A stretch of DNA of 64,000 bases from an uncultured Spirochaetota bacterium (GTDB taxonomy: Bacteria > Spirochaetota > Spirochaetia > SZUA-6 > Fen-1364): positions 1 to 64,000 of the forward strand of contig CAVUXE010000029.1 of assembly GCA_963745235.1 (NCBI GenBank), written 5' to 3'. The notes beneath the pieces were generated by a model. That model was not told the origin of the DNA and ran no database searches. It saw only the letters and a list, made by a program, of their open reading frames with translations. A program made the position numbers and the translations under genes. Numbering within the stretch: position 1 is the stretch's first letter; every line of letters starts with the position of its first letter. Below, piece by piece: positions 38,672 through 50,012 of the stretch.

Positions 38672-39674
38672 ATGAAAACCCGACTCCTCGGACGAACAGG
38701 GCTGATGGTCGCGAGTTGTCTCTGGGCGCTGCCTTTGTCACAACGGGGGAAGCTGGTTTCCGCGGTGCGACGCCTCTCATCCGCGAAGCTTTGGACTTGG
38801 GCCTGAGCCTGGTCGACACGTCCGCTGACTACGGCGACAGCGAAGCCGCGGTGGGTGAAGCTCTCAGGAATGAGGCACGGCCGGTCATTATATCCACGAA
38901 GATAGGGCCCAGATCCCGCGGTTTCAACCCGAAGGACAAGAAGCAGCTTCGAAAGACTTTTGATGAGAGCTTGCGACTGCTCCGCCGCGATTCCGTGGAC
39001 ATCCTGATGATCCACGAGCCGTCCAGAGCCGGCCAGATCGACTGGTCGGACGACCATCGCACCTATGACGGCCCAATCGTGAAAGTCCTCAGCGAGCTGA
39101 AAGAAGAAGGGAAGATCGGGTACACCGGACTCGGCGGAACCACCGCCTATGAAATGGTGCCGATCGTTGCAACGGGTTTCTACGATGTGCTCCTGACCGC
39201 CTTCAACTACAGCATTCTCTGGAGAGAAGCGGCAATGGAGCTGCTGCCCGAGGCCAGGCGCCAGAACATGGGGATTCTACTGGCATCTCCCACCCAGCAG
39301 GGGTGGCTTGCCAAGAGGTACGATGCACAGGTCGAGCCAGGCCAACTCCCGCTGGCTGAACAAACCGCGGCGCGAGCAGCTGAAGAAGCTCTATGCATTC
39401 GTCAACCAGACCGGGATCCCCCTCCCCGAGCTCACGCTTCGCCGGGCGCTCATGAACCCCGATGCCTCGACAGTCCTCACGGGGCCCAGGAATCTTGACC
39501 AACTGCGCCAGAACGCGCAGGCCGCGGAGGCAGGGCCCCTTTCGAAGAGTATCATGGACCGCCTCGATGAAATTGCCTCGATGGTGCCTTTCCGTCCGTT
39601 CGAGGAGCCTTTCGGGTGTCCCTTCCTAGGAAAATCCGGACCTGGTGAAAAGGCCAGGGCGCGCCTTTCGCTAG
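38672..39674 (+). CDS. aldo/keto reductase (frameshifted; 3' end approximate)
   Basis: MKTRLLGRTGL, DTSADYGDSE, STK, SLRLL..D.VDIL.IH, VLTGPRNLDQL. Confidence 0.8.
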
Positions 39675-39683
39675 AGGAGAGCT

Positions 39684-40477
39684 ATGAATCCAAAGAGAGT
39701 TGCCATTGTAACGGGAAGAGGGCCCGGGGAATCGGCTTTGGCATCTGCAAAGCCCTGCTCCGCAGGAACACCGCAGTGGCGGCCGTCTACCGTCAGAACC
39801 CGGCCGCAGCCCGTCGGCCGAGGGCGAAATGGCCGCGGCAGGTAAGGAGTACTTCACCTTCAAGGCCGACGTGTCCTACTTCGCGGAAGCGACGCGCGTC
39901 GTCGAGGAAGTGACGAAGAAATGGGGTCGAACGGACATTCTCGTCAACAACGCTGGCATTTTCCAGGTTCTTTTCTGGAAGAAATGGATGAAAAATTACT
40001 GGACGCGCTCTACAGCGCGAACTTCAAAACCGCCTTCTCCATGATCAAGGCCGCTCTTCCGTGGCTCAAGAAGAGCGGGGAAGGCCACATCGTCAACGCG
40101 ACTGGAACTCGGGACGGCTCGCGGATATCGGGCTGATTGCCTACGGGTGCTCCAAGGCAAGCATCGACATGCTCACACGGATAGCCGCCGCGGAGCTCGC
40201 CCCCCATGGAATCACCGTCGATGCGTACCGACCGGCATCATCACCACCGAGATGACACGGGAGATGATCGAGACGCGGGGCAGTGAGCAGAGGAAGCAGA
40301 TTCCTCGCGGCCAGTTTGGAGTGCCCGAAGACGTGGCGGAGCTGGTGGGTGCCGCGGTTCCAGCGAGGGCCAGGCTATATCACAGGAGAAGTGATCGGCG
40401 TTGACGGCGGGATGCTCAAGGTACAGAACCCAGGCAGGGCCTGGGATTTCGCGAAATCCACGGCAAAGGAGAAATGA
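39684..40477 (+). CDS. SDR family oxidoreductase (multiple frameshifts)
   Basis: VAIVTG..RGIG, DILVNNAG, YGCSK, YITGEVIGVDGG in different frames; GAGGAG RBS. Confidence 0.75.
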
Positions 40478-40479
40478 CA

Positions 40480-41290
40480 ATGGCAGATCATGTATTGGAG
40501 TCGAGACCGATCCTGGAGCGCTTCTCACTTCCCCAGTCGCGCCCCGGCCCTGGTGGCGGCGGCGGGGCAGGGAATCGGCAGGGGGTTCGCGCACGCCCTG
40601 GGGGACGCCGGAGCCGCGGTGGCGGTGGTCGACATGCAGGCCGAGTGCGCCCAGAGGACCGTGAAGGAGCTGCAGGCGAAGTCCATCGAGTCATTGGCCA
40701 TCGTTGCAGATGTCACGAAGAAGGCGGACGTAATGCGCGTGATCGCCGAAGTCGTCGAGAAATGGGGAGCTCTCACCATTGCCGTCAATAATGCCGGGGT
40801 GAGCGCGTGGGTCGACTCAGAGCTGATGACGGATCAGGCATGGCGCTCTCTGATGGCGCTCAACCTCGACGGGGTGTTCTCCTGCGCACAGGAAGAAGCA
40901 AAGGCGATGTTCAAGAGCGGATACGGGAAAATCATCAACACGGCTTCGATGTCCGGGCACATCATCAACACCCCGCAGAAGCAGAGCGCCTACAATATTT
41001 CCAAGGCCGGCGTTCTGCACATGACGCGCAGTCTCGCGGCCGAGTGGGCGCCCCGCGGAGTCCGAGTAAACAGCATCAGCCCGGGCTATACCGTGACCCC
41101 TCTCGTAGAAAAACTGCTCGAGACGCCCGAAGGGAAGGCCATTGTCCCGGAATGGCTGAAACGGGTTCCCGCCGGGCGGATGGCGGACGTCACCGACCTT
41201 CAGGGCGCCGTCGTCTTCCTTTCCAGCGAAGTTTCTGATTACATGACGGGAGGCGACATTCTCATAGACGGGGGATACTGCGCCTGGTGA
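40480..41290 (+). CDS. SDR family polyol/sugar dehydrogenase (5' indel)
   Basis: [43 protein letters not shown]. Confidence 0.85.
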
Positions 41291-41328
41291 TCGCCGGAAA
41301 CAAGAATGAAACGTCGAGGAGGAGTACG

Positions 41329-42294
41329 ATGGGCCTGAGAAGCGCAGGAGGAGGTCCGATCAGGACGTTTTTTGCTCGATCGGAGATCAGTGTCCTCATC
41401 GGGCTGGTGGCGCTCGGCATTGTGATGACGTTCGCCAGCCCCTATTTCATGACATTTCGAAATATCGTCAACGTGCTGAGACAGTTCTCGTTGATTGCGA
41501 TCCTGGCGGTCGGCGAAGGCCTCATCATCATCACCGCGGGAATCGACCTTTCGGTCGGCTCCCTGGTCGGTCTGACCGCGTGCTTCGGCGCACTCGCCGC
41601 CAAGTCGGGCGCTTCTCCCGGGGTGACTCTCCTCGCGATCCTTGGCCTCGGCGCTGCGGCAGGCATGACGAACGGCCTGCTCGTGACGAAGATACGCATT
41701 CCGCCGTTCATCGCCACTCTCGGCATGATGAGCATTGCTCGCGGGTTCTCACTGCTGATGACCCTCGGCACGCCCATTCACTATGGAAACACGTGGATTT
41801 CAGTGGTCGGCGGCGGGCACATCGGGTTGGTTCCGGTTTCTGTCATCGTGATGCTCCTGATCGTCGCCGGCGGCTACGTGTTTGCCAACAATACGACAAT
41901 TGGACGAAACGTGTATGCGGTTGGGAACAACGAAAAGGCGGCCACTCTTTCGGGCATTCGCGTGGACAGGGTCAAGATCATGGTGTTCACTCTCACGGGG
42001 GTGCTCGCGGGCATCTGCGGACTGATCCTCATGGGTCAGCTTGAGGGTTCGGATCCGTTCTATGGCAACGGCTACGAGCTGGACGTTATCGCCGCCGCGG
42101 TCATCGGCGGGATCAGCCTTGCCGGCGGCGAAGGGAACCTCCTCGGCGTGATCGTGGGCGCCGGCTTGATGGGAGTTCTCAAGAACGCTTTTGTGCTCCT
42201 GGCGGTGCCCGGGTACTGGCAGACGGTAACCGTCGGCGTCGTCATTATCGGCGCGGTATCCATCGATAGCCTGAGGACGCGTAGGACGGCCTGA
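41329..42294 (+). CDS. sugar ABC transporter permease (RbsC-like)
   Basis: GIDLSVGS, PPFIATLG, YAVGNN..AA.LSGI, YELDVIAAAVIGG. Confidence 0.93.
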   Translation: MGLRSAGGGPIRTFFARSEISVLIGLVALGIVMTFASPYFMTFRNIVNVLRQFSLIAILAVGEGLIIITAGIDLSVGSLVGLTACFGALAAKSGASPGVTLLAILGLGAAAGMTNGLLVTKIRIPPFIATLGMMSIARGFSLLMTLGTPIHYGNTWISVVGGGHIGLVPVSVIVMLLIVAGGYVFANNTTIGRNVYAVGNNEKAATLSGIRVDRVKIMVFTLTGVLAGICGLILMGQLEGSDPFYGNGYELDVIAAAVIGGISLAGGEGNLLGVIVGAGLMGVLKNAFVLLAVPGYWQTVTVGVVIIGAVSIDSLRTRRTA

Positions 42295-42311
42295 GCTCGG
42301 AGGGAAGGGGA

Positions 42312-43829
42312 ATGGTGGCAGACATCATCTGCAGGGTCGATAACATTACCAAGTCGTTTGTCGGCGTGACTGCGCTGAAGGACATAAGCTTCGATGTGAG
42401 GAAAGGAGAAATCCACGCTATAGTAGGGGAAAATGGAGCCGGCAAGTCGACGCTCATGAACATCCTCTCCGGCGTCTACCATCCCGACGAAGGTCACGTC
42501 TATTTCGGCGGGCAGCTGGTACGGCTGAAGGATCCGCGGCAGGCACAGCGCATCGGCATCGCAATGATTCACCAGGAGTTGTCGTTGTGCCGATCCATGA
42601 GCGTCGCGGAGAACGTCTTCCAGGGGCGGATGCTGAAGAATGTCTTTGGATTCATCGATCGCCGACGAATGGCTTCGGAGTGCAGGACCTACCTCGGCTC
42701 TCTGGGCGTCGAGGACATCGATCCGAATATCCTCGTCAAGCAGTTGAGCGTCTCACAGATGCAGCTGGTGGAGATAGCGAAGGCGGTCTCCCTGAAGGCG
42801 CGCCTGCTGATGATGGACGAGCCCACCTCGTCCCTGACCACGAAGGAAATCGCTGTCCTGATGAGCATCATGAGATCCCTGAAGAGCGAGGGCGTGTCGA
42901 TCCTGTTCATCACGCACAAGCTCGAAGAAGTGCTCGACGTCGCGGACAGGATAACCGTCCTGCGCGACGGTCACTACGTCGATACGCGGGAAACCAGAGA
43001 CACGACCATCGACCACCTGGTGTCGCTGATGGTCGGCCGGGATTTCGAGCGCAAGGCCCACAGGCAGTTCTTCAGTGACTATGCGGGCCGGGAGGTCGTT
43101 CTCGAGGTCGACGGATTCAACGTGGGAAACCGGGTGAAAGACGCGAGCTTCACGCTGTACAAGGGCGAGGTCCTGGGATTGACGGGCCTCGTCGGTGCAG
43201 GCCGCACGGAGCTGCTCCAGGGCATCTTCGGTATGGACAGGGATGTATCCGGCGTGGTCCGCGTCAACGGGAAGCCCGTCACGATCCGTCACCCTGCTGA
43301 TGCAATCCGATTCGGCATCGGGATGGTTCCGGAGGGCCGGAAGGAACAGGGCATGTTCCTGAAGCTCTCCGTCCTGGACAATATGACCATGGTGCATCTC
43401 CGGGAGCTCGCCAACAGGCTGACGCTGATCTATCGGAGAAAGCGCGAGAGAGCCGCCGCCGAGTACGTCGACCACCTTTCCATCAAGACCCCCAGCCTCG
43501 CGCAGATCTCGCAGAACTTGAGCGGCGGCAATCAGCAGAAAACCATCATCGCCCGGTGGCTCATGCACAGGCCGCATATCCTGTTCCTGGATGAGCCGAC
43601 GCACGGGATCGACGTGGGTGCGAAGATGGAGATCTACCACATCATCGACGAGTTATCGAAAAACGGGGTGTCGGTCATCCTGATTTCCTCGGAGCTGCCG
43701 GAGGTCCTGAACCTCTGCGACAGGATCATGGTCATGCATCACGGAGAAATTCGCGGAACCCTGCTCCACAGTGAGGCTGACCAGGTGAAGATCATGAGGC
43801 TCACGCTCGAAGACAAGAAGACAACCTGA
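42312..43829 (+). CDS. sugar ABC transporter ATP-binding protein (RbsA-like)
   Basis: GENGAGKSTL, DEPT, LSGGNQQK, GIDVGAK. Confidence 0.95.
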   Translation: MVADIICRVDNITKSFVGVTALKDISFDVRKGEIHAIVGENGAGKSTLMNILSGVYHPDEGHVYFGGQLVRLKDPRQAQRIGIAMIHQELSLCRSMSVAENVFQGRMLKNVFGFIDRRRMASECRTYLGSLGVEDIDPNILVKQLSVSQMQLVEIAKAVSLKARLLMMDEPTSSLTTKEIAVLMSIMRSLKSEGVSILFITHKLEEVLDVADRITVLRDGHYVDTRETRDTTIDHLVSLMVGRDFERKAHRQFFSDYAGREVVLEVDGFNVGNRVKDASFTLYKGEVLGLTGLVGAGRTELLQGIFGMDRDVSGVVRVNGKPVTIRHPADAIRFGIGMVPEGRKEQGMFLKLSVLDNMTMVHLRELANRLTLIYRRKRERAAAEYVDHLSIKTPSLAQISQNLSGGNQQKTIIARWLMHRPHILFLDEPTHGIDVGAKMEIYHIIDELSKNGVSVILISSELPEVLNLCDRIMVMHHGEIRGTLLHSEADQVKIMRLTLEDKKTT

Positions 43830-43830
43830 C

Positions 43831-44598
43831 TCACAATTGAGCCACGATCACTTCGATGTCCTTCTCCCTGTACTGGTCCAGAAGCTCTGGATCCGCGTTT
43901 GAGTCCGTGATGATCTTGTCAATCTTGTCGATCGATACGTTGGGATAGAGACCCGAGGTCGCGAACTTCGTGAAATCCGCCAGCAGGATGACCTCATTCG
44001 CACGATCCGCCATGAGGGACTTCATCTGCGCCTCGAGAAGGTCTCCGTTGCTCAGACCGCGCTGGATGTCTATGCCTTGCGTTCCGAGGATGCATTTGTC
44101 GGGATGAAACCGCGACGCGATCTCCTCGGCCAGGGGCCCTGCAAAACAATCATTGGGGCGATGGAGCAGCCCCCCAACACTCATGAGCTCGATACGCGTG
44201 TTGGAAAGCACAGCGATGATGGGAAGCGAGAAGGTGACCACCGTCAGGTTTGTGAAATGGATCAGCTCCCGGGCAAATATGGCACACGTGGTTCCGTGAT
44301 CAATGAACATCGAATCACACTCTTTGATTAGCTCCCGCGCTTTTGCCGCAATTCCTTCCTTCTCCCTCATGTGCTGTTCCATTCGAAGCGAGAAGCTGGT
44401 CACCGCGGCCGAGGGGCGGTACAAATCAGTCGCGCCGCCGAAGTGCTTCTTGATTGCCAGGGTCTTGTCGAGGAAGCTCAAATCCCGTCGTATCGTCATT
44501 TCCGAGACATAGAGCGCGTGACTGAGCTCCTTGACGCTCATGGCCCCTCGCTGCCGGACCATGTCAACGATTCTGTTTCGTCTTTCGTCTACCAGCAT
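43831..44598 (-). CDS. DeoR/GlpR family transcriptional regulator
   Basis: VSEMTIRRDL HTH, EKEGIA, ID.GTT. Confidence 0.93.
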   Translation of the reverse strand: MLVDERRNRIVDMVRQRGAMSVKELSHALYVSEMTIRRDLSFLDKTLAIKKHFGGATDLYRPSAAVTSFSLRMEQHMREKEGIAAKARELIKECDSMFIDHGTTCAIFARELIHFTNLTVVTFSLPIIAVLSNTRIELMSVGGLLHRPNDCFAGPLAEEIASRFHPDKCILGTQGIDIQRGLSNGDLLEAQMKSLMADRANEVILLADFTKFATSGLYPNVSIDKIDKIITDSNADPELLDQYREKDIEVIVAQL

Positions 44599-45010
44599 CT
44601 CGCACCCGCCTCTTGGTCAAATTGTAACAACATCGCCCATAATAACACAACTAGCATCGAGTGCCAACACGGGCCAGTTAGCCGACAGATTCTGGATTTT
44701 GAGCATGTTTTTTCATTTGGCAGACCGAATTTGGCTCATTTGCTGTCAATTGTGTTGCGTTCGACCTGATCTTTTCTGTTTGACTTTGTAATCCTCATGT
44801 GATAAAGTGATTGAACCTTCACAGAGTCAATACATGCCACCCACTTGAGGTACTAGCCTTGTGTGGCAAGAAAGGAGGGGAGAGCGCAGAGACAGCCGAG
44901 ATAGAGAGCGTCTGAACCGCACAGTAAGTATTCCGTCAGCACGGGCTGACCGGGCCGGGCGGGAAGGAAGAGCCTGCCTAGCACGAACAGGCAATCGAAG
45001 GAGGAAAAGG

Positions 45011-46052
45011 ATGAAAAGGTTTCTCGTGGGTGCTTTGTTGGTGGCTGTTCTTGTTTCTGTTCCGTTCATCGCTTTCGCAGCAGGATCTAAAGAACAAGCC
45101 GGTGGCACAAGTTTCGTTCCTGCTGCTCAGCTGAAGGCTCCCCCGGGGGCAAGCATGTATGTGCTTCCTGCAGACGTCAGGCCTGCGAAGCAGATCCGCA
45201 TAGCAACCATCATGGTCCAGAATAACCCATTTGGTGAAGCTGTCATGAGGGGAACGCTGTTTGCCCGGGAGGTTCTCAAGGACAGGAACACCAAGGTCGA
45301 CTGGATTTCCGTTCCGGATTTCGACCCGAAGAAATTTGAAGATGCGATGCAGAACTCGATCACTGCTCAATACGACGCAATCACGCTGTTCGGCCTCTCT
45401 GACGCTCTTCGAGCCGGTCGTCGACAAGGCAGTCGCCGCCGGCATCCTTGTTTATACTTTCAACACGGAGCCCGGCTTGCATTCGAAGAGGCAGGCGTAC
45501 TGGGGTCAGGACGGTTTTGCGGGCGGTCAGAAATGCGGCCAGCTGCTGATGGACGCAATGGGTGGTGAAGGAGAGTATGCAATCATCACCGGTTCGTTCA
45601 ACGTTCTGGGCCACGAGCTGCGGCGCAAAGGCGCCCGTGACGTCCTGGACAAGAATCCCAAGATGAAGCTGATCGGGGAGTTCGAGAACCAGGACAAGGC
45701 AGAGGAAGCGTACAACATCACGCAGAACCTTCTGACGTCCCACCCGAATATCAAGGGGATCTACGTCACAGCGGGCGGGCCCTTCGGAGCCGCCAAGGCG
45801 ATCAAGGACGCGAGTCTCACCGGGAAGGTGAAGCTCGTATGCCATGACTGGATGGCTGAGACCGGCTGGGCGTATGTACGCTCGGGAAGGTGACGGCTCC
45901 ACTCGATGAGGATCCCTTCAACCAGGGGTATGCTCCGTTGTTTCCGCATTCAACAAGCTCGCCGCCAATATCGATCCGAAAGAGATCAACTGGTTCCCGG
46001 GAGATGTCGCAACTCCCCAGAACGTGGAACAGAAGGCCCCGCCACAAAATAA
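45011..46052 (+). CDS. sugar ABC transporter substrate-binding protein (frameshifted; 3' end approximate)
   Basis: GGAGG RBS, signal peptide ending FAAGSKE, NNPF, periplasmic binding protein type I motifs over several frames. Confidence 0.8.
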
Positions 46053-46067
46053 CAGGTCTCTCAAAGC

Positions 46068-46098
46068 AGGGCAGCGTCTCGTGCGCTGCCCTCTCTTT
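46068..46098 (+). terminator. stem-loop / intrinsic terminator after the binding-protein gene
   Basis: AGGGCAGCG-7 nt-CGCTGCCCT followed by CTCTTT. Confidence 0.5.
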
Positions 46099-46160
46099 CA
46101 AGATTCTCACCACTGAGACTGACCGCGTGTTCCGGGAGCCTGAACATCACAGGAGGACTG

Positions 46161-46802
46161 ATGGACTTCGACGCGGCTGAAATGTGTCGGATGATCAATG
46201 TGAGCGCCGTTCGAACGGAGGATTCGGAGCAGCAAGTGCGCAGCATGGCGGCAACGGCTGTCAAACACCGCTGCGCGGCGGTCTTCGCCCTTCTTTTGTG
46301 GACTCTTCTCGTCATCGAGCTCCTCCGCGGTGCCACGGCCGTTGCGGTCGGCGGCGCGATCGGGTTCCCCTCGGGAGGGCAGACGACTCGGACCAAGGCC
46401 TTTGAGACCAGGGGAGCTCCATGAATTGGGATGCACCGAGTTCGACATGGTCATCAACATCGGGAAGCGCATCTCGGGTCGATGCGATGAGGTCCGTGAC
46501 GACATCTGCTCCGTTGCGTCCGAAGCTCAGGGCTTTCCCGTCAAGGTAATCCTTGAATGTCATTACCTGACCGATGACCAGATCCTGCTGGGCTGTGACA
46601 TGTCCATCGAAGCCGTGGCGTGATTCTTGGGTCTAAAACTGGAACGGGGCTTGCGCCCTCGGGTGCAACGCTGGAGAACATCGCCCTTATCAAGAGGCAC
46701 GTCGGAGACGCCATCGGCGTGAAGGCTGCCGGGGGCGTGCGCGGCCGGGAGACTTTCATTGAGATGTACAGACGAGGCGCGCGCAGGTTTGGGCTGAGCT
46801 AG
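46161..46802 (+). CDS. deoC: deoxyribose-phosphate aldolase-like protein (multiple frameshifts)
   Basis: IGFPSG, EFDMVINIG, VKVILE..YL, KTGTG...GAT, VKAAGGVR, RFGLS; AGGAGG RBS. Confidence 0.75.
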
Positions 46803-46868
46803 CTGGGCGCGGGCGAGTTGCTCGAGCAGGCGCAGGCTCTTCAATCGGGCGTCATGGAGTTCGAGACT

Positions 46869-47993
46869 TCAAGGAGCCCGATGTTCCATGGCTGTTCGGT
46901 ACACCGCGTAGAAGTTTTCCAGAGGCACATCCTCCATGAAATGGTTGGATGGCGCGAAGATATAGCCGCCGCCCTTTGCAAATGAATCGATCCTCCGTTT
47001 CGCCTCGTCGATCGCTTCCTGACGGCTTCCCGTGATCCCGCCGTGCTGGATATCGAGCCCGCCGTGAAAGACGATCTCGGACCCGAACTCCCGCTTTAGC
47101 TCGACTGAGTCCATGCCCGCGGCTCTGGGCTGGAGAGAGTTCAGAACATCCACGCCCATGTCGATGAACTCGGGGATGAGCTCCCTTTTATACCCGCAGC
47201 TGTGCAGCCAGATCTTCGCATGTGGAGCGGCTTTCTTCACGTCTCTGAACACTCTCGCATACGGCCCCTTGAAGAACTTTCGATAGAGGGGCTTCGAGAG
47301 ACCAGCGGTCGATCCTGCATGCCGTGATCGCTCGAGAACTCGATCCATCCGATGTACGGGGCAATTGGTCCGAGGTAATAGAGGTACCACTTGGTGATGA
47401 TGACCGCGATCCGGCCAACCAGCCTATGGGCAAATCGTTGGTTCAGATACAAGTCCATCATGAACTGTCGAACCGGGAGGTATTGGCCGTACTCCAGCAT
47501 CATTCCCGAGAGCGCGCTCGTTGCTCCGACAAAACAATCGGTCGATTCAGCGATTTTTCTTGCCTTGTCCGCGAGCCCCTCGATGCGGCCTGATCCGCCA
47601 CCCACGGCCAGGGATGCCTGTCGATATCCCCTGCCTCCGTGGCGGATGCCAGAGGGGAGAACGTCACAACGGATGAGCCGGCCACTTCGCGTGTGCCATA
47701 CCCCCATTCGGTGATCCTGTCGCCCTGCGCGTTCGTCGAAGGGGTGAAAGACCTGGGGTGCCCGATATCCAGATGCCGGAAGTCCGAATCCACCAGAACG
47801 TCGACCCTTCGTCGACGTAGTCGCCGGACCTGCTCGCCTTGACGCATGGTCCCAGTCCCTTCCAACCCTGGTCCTCGACTATCTTGAAATAGAGCTCATT
47901 GCAGATCCGGCTTGCGGAGCCCCAGATGTCGACAGGCACCCGGTCCGCCTCTTTGTGCGCCAGCGCCGCCTCTACCCGTTCTTTGTGAGTCAT
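46869..47993 (-). CDS. uroporphyrinogen decarboxylase / MtaA-CmuA family protein (multiple frameshifts)
   Basis: MTHKERV..AL.HKEADRVP, HSCG...LIP.FIDMGVD.LN.LQ, F.GG.DIQ, GGGYIFAPS. Confidence 0.8.
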
Positions 47994-47997
47994 GACT

Positions 47998-49538
47998 TCA
48001 TAGATCTATCGTGTTCATCATTTCGCCGATTTCAAGAAGCTTGTCCGTCGCGAATTGATGTACCGGAAGGAGCTTTTCGTATTTGCGGGTGTTCTCCGCA
48101 ATTGGATGGGTGACCTCCACGGTCTTGGTGATGGCATCGACCATCGAGAACCCGTCCCATATCCCGGTTCCCACCGCTCCAACGGTGGCAGCGCCGAGAG
48201 CAGCCGCTTCCTGTCCGACGCTTGTGAGAATAATGGATGTCTTGTAGACATCGGCGAAGATCTGCCGCCAGAGCGCGCCTTTGCTGCCTCCCCCGACAAT
48301 GCGCATCTCGTCTGCCTGGACTCCCATGCGCCGAAACACATCGAGGACCATGCGGAGATCCATGGCGATGCCTTCAAGGGTGGCTCGGATGAGATCCGCC
48401 TTCGTGTGAGAGAGTGAGAGTCCCAGGTAGGCTCCTCGGATGTTCGGAGAAGGATGGATCGTCGAACCGCCCATGAGGCTTGGGTTGAACAACAGCTTGT
48501 TCGAGCCGACGGGAGATCTGAGCGCTTCCTTTTCCATCACGGCATAGGTGTCCATGTCGAGGATCTGACTCGCGAGCGTCTCGTCCCTAACACGGTGTTT
48601 CGCAGCCATTGAAAGGCGCCCCCCGCAGAGTAGATTGACACGGTGGAATTGAACATTTGCGGAATGACATGGGCATAGCAGTATGGCTTGGTTGCGTCGT
48701 CGATCAGAGGCTTGTCGGCCGCGCATGAGATCCACGACGAGGAACCCACGTAATTGTCGACCCTGTCTGGCCTGAAGGTGCCGGCCCCCAGGGCTGTGCA
48801 GGAGCCGTCATAACCGCCGCATACCACCGGGATACCCTTCACGAGCCCGAGCTCCGTCGCGGCTCCGGGCACCAGCTCCCCAAGCACCGTCGTCGAAGGG
48901 CAGAGGTCGGGAAACTTCTCCATTGGCAGGCCGGCTGCCTCCATTAGCCTCTCAGAGTATGCCCCCCGTTCCAGGTCATAGACTCCCGAGAAGGATGCGT
49001 CAGAGAAGTCCGACCGGATGACGCCGGTGAGCCTCATGTTTATGAAATCCTTTGTGCCGATGAACTTGTAGGTGTTGCGGAACAACTCGCGTTCATTGTC
49101 CCTGTGCCACATGATCTTGAAGGCCGCGTGATTCTCAGCCCGTAGAGCATTGCCGGTCAGCCGGTACCAGGTGATGAAGTCGACTTTCTCGAGGAACTTG
49201 CGCGCCTGCGACAAGGCCCTGCTGTCAGACCAAAGCAGGGTCTTTCCTCTGAGGAGTGTCCCCTTTTTGTCCACGGGGACAACCCCGATCCCATGACCCG
49301 AGATGCAGATGCACCCGATCGAATCAGGGCGGATTTCCGTCTTTGTCATAAGGAGCCGGGTACTGTTTTTGATGGACTCCCACCAGTCCATTGGCGAGTG
49401 CTCGGCCCAGCCGGGCTGAGGGTAGTATGTGTCATACGGGCAGAACGATGTGCTGAGCAGCTCTCCCTGGCTGCTGTAAATGACGGACTTGTTGCCGCCG
49501 GTTCCGAGATCGAAGGCGAGAATGTGACCCTTGCTCAC
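47998..49538 (-). CDS. second FGGY-family carbohydrate kinase (indel near 48590)
   Basis: FDLGTGGNKS, WSDSRA, SDFSDAS, GGYDG, VGGGSK..LWRQIFAD; shares SP.GS.KLLFNPSL.GGS with the first kinase. Confidence 0.87.
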
Positions 49539-49910
49539 GAGGCCCTCCCAAGTCACCTTACCATCAAGGAGGCGGAAGTCAAGTTTTTTGCGCTGCTACT
49601 CCCGCGGGGTTTCGACTGGATAGGGCTTGCCTTTACACCACGGTAGCCTATGTAAGGTCACCGCTCCCAGCATTATCCTTGGCCTGATCGGTGCCTTCCC
49701 GGGGCCAAAAGAGATGCTGGCAAGGATGGTGGGCCGCATCTGCCGCGCACGAGCTCTGCCGCACGCTCAGCCTGGGGGAATTCCATGCTGAGCTTCATAG
49801 TCGATCCCGAGCTCCTTGGGCATCGCGGGGGAAACCGATCCGAAGATCTGGGGCGCGCCGCCGCGCCGCGGAGGCCCGCAACGGCATCACCGTTCCCCCG
49901 ATCGCCATTT

Positions 49911-49936
49911 TCAGCATCACCAAATGGGTGCAACCT
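49911..49936. repeat. right copy of 25/26-bp direct repeat
   Basis: TCAGCATCACCAAATGGGTGCAACCT. Confidence 0.8.
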
Positions 49937-50012
49937 GCGGTAGGCAGGCAGGCAGGTGCACTCGCTCGGCTATTGACCCGCCCTCTCTGTGCTGTCACTT
50001 TGCTGTTGTTAG

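Noticed and set aside
49590-49640. tmRNA-like GGGGTTTCGACTGG
   Set aside because: The rest of the tRNA-like domain and the tag frame are absent
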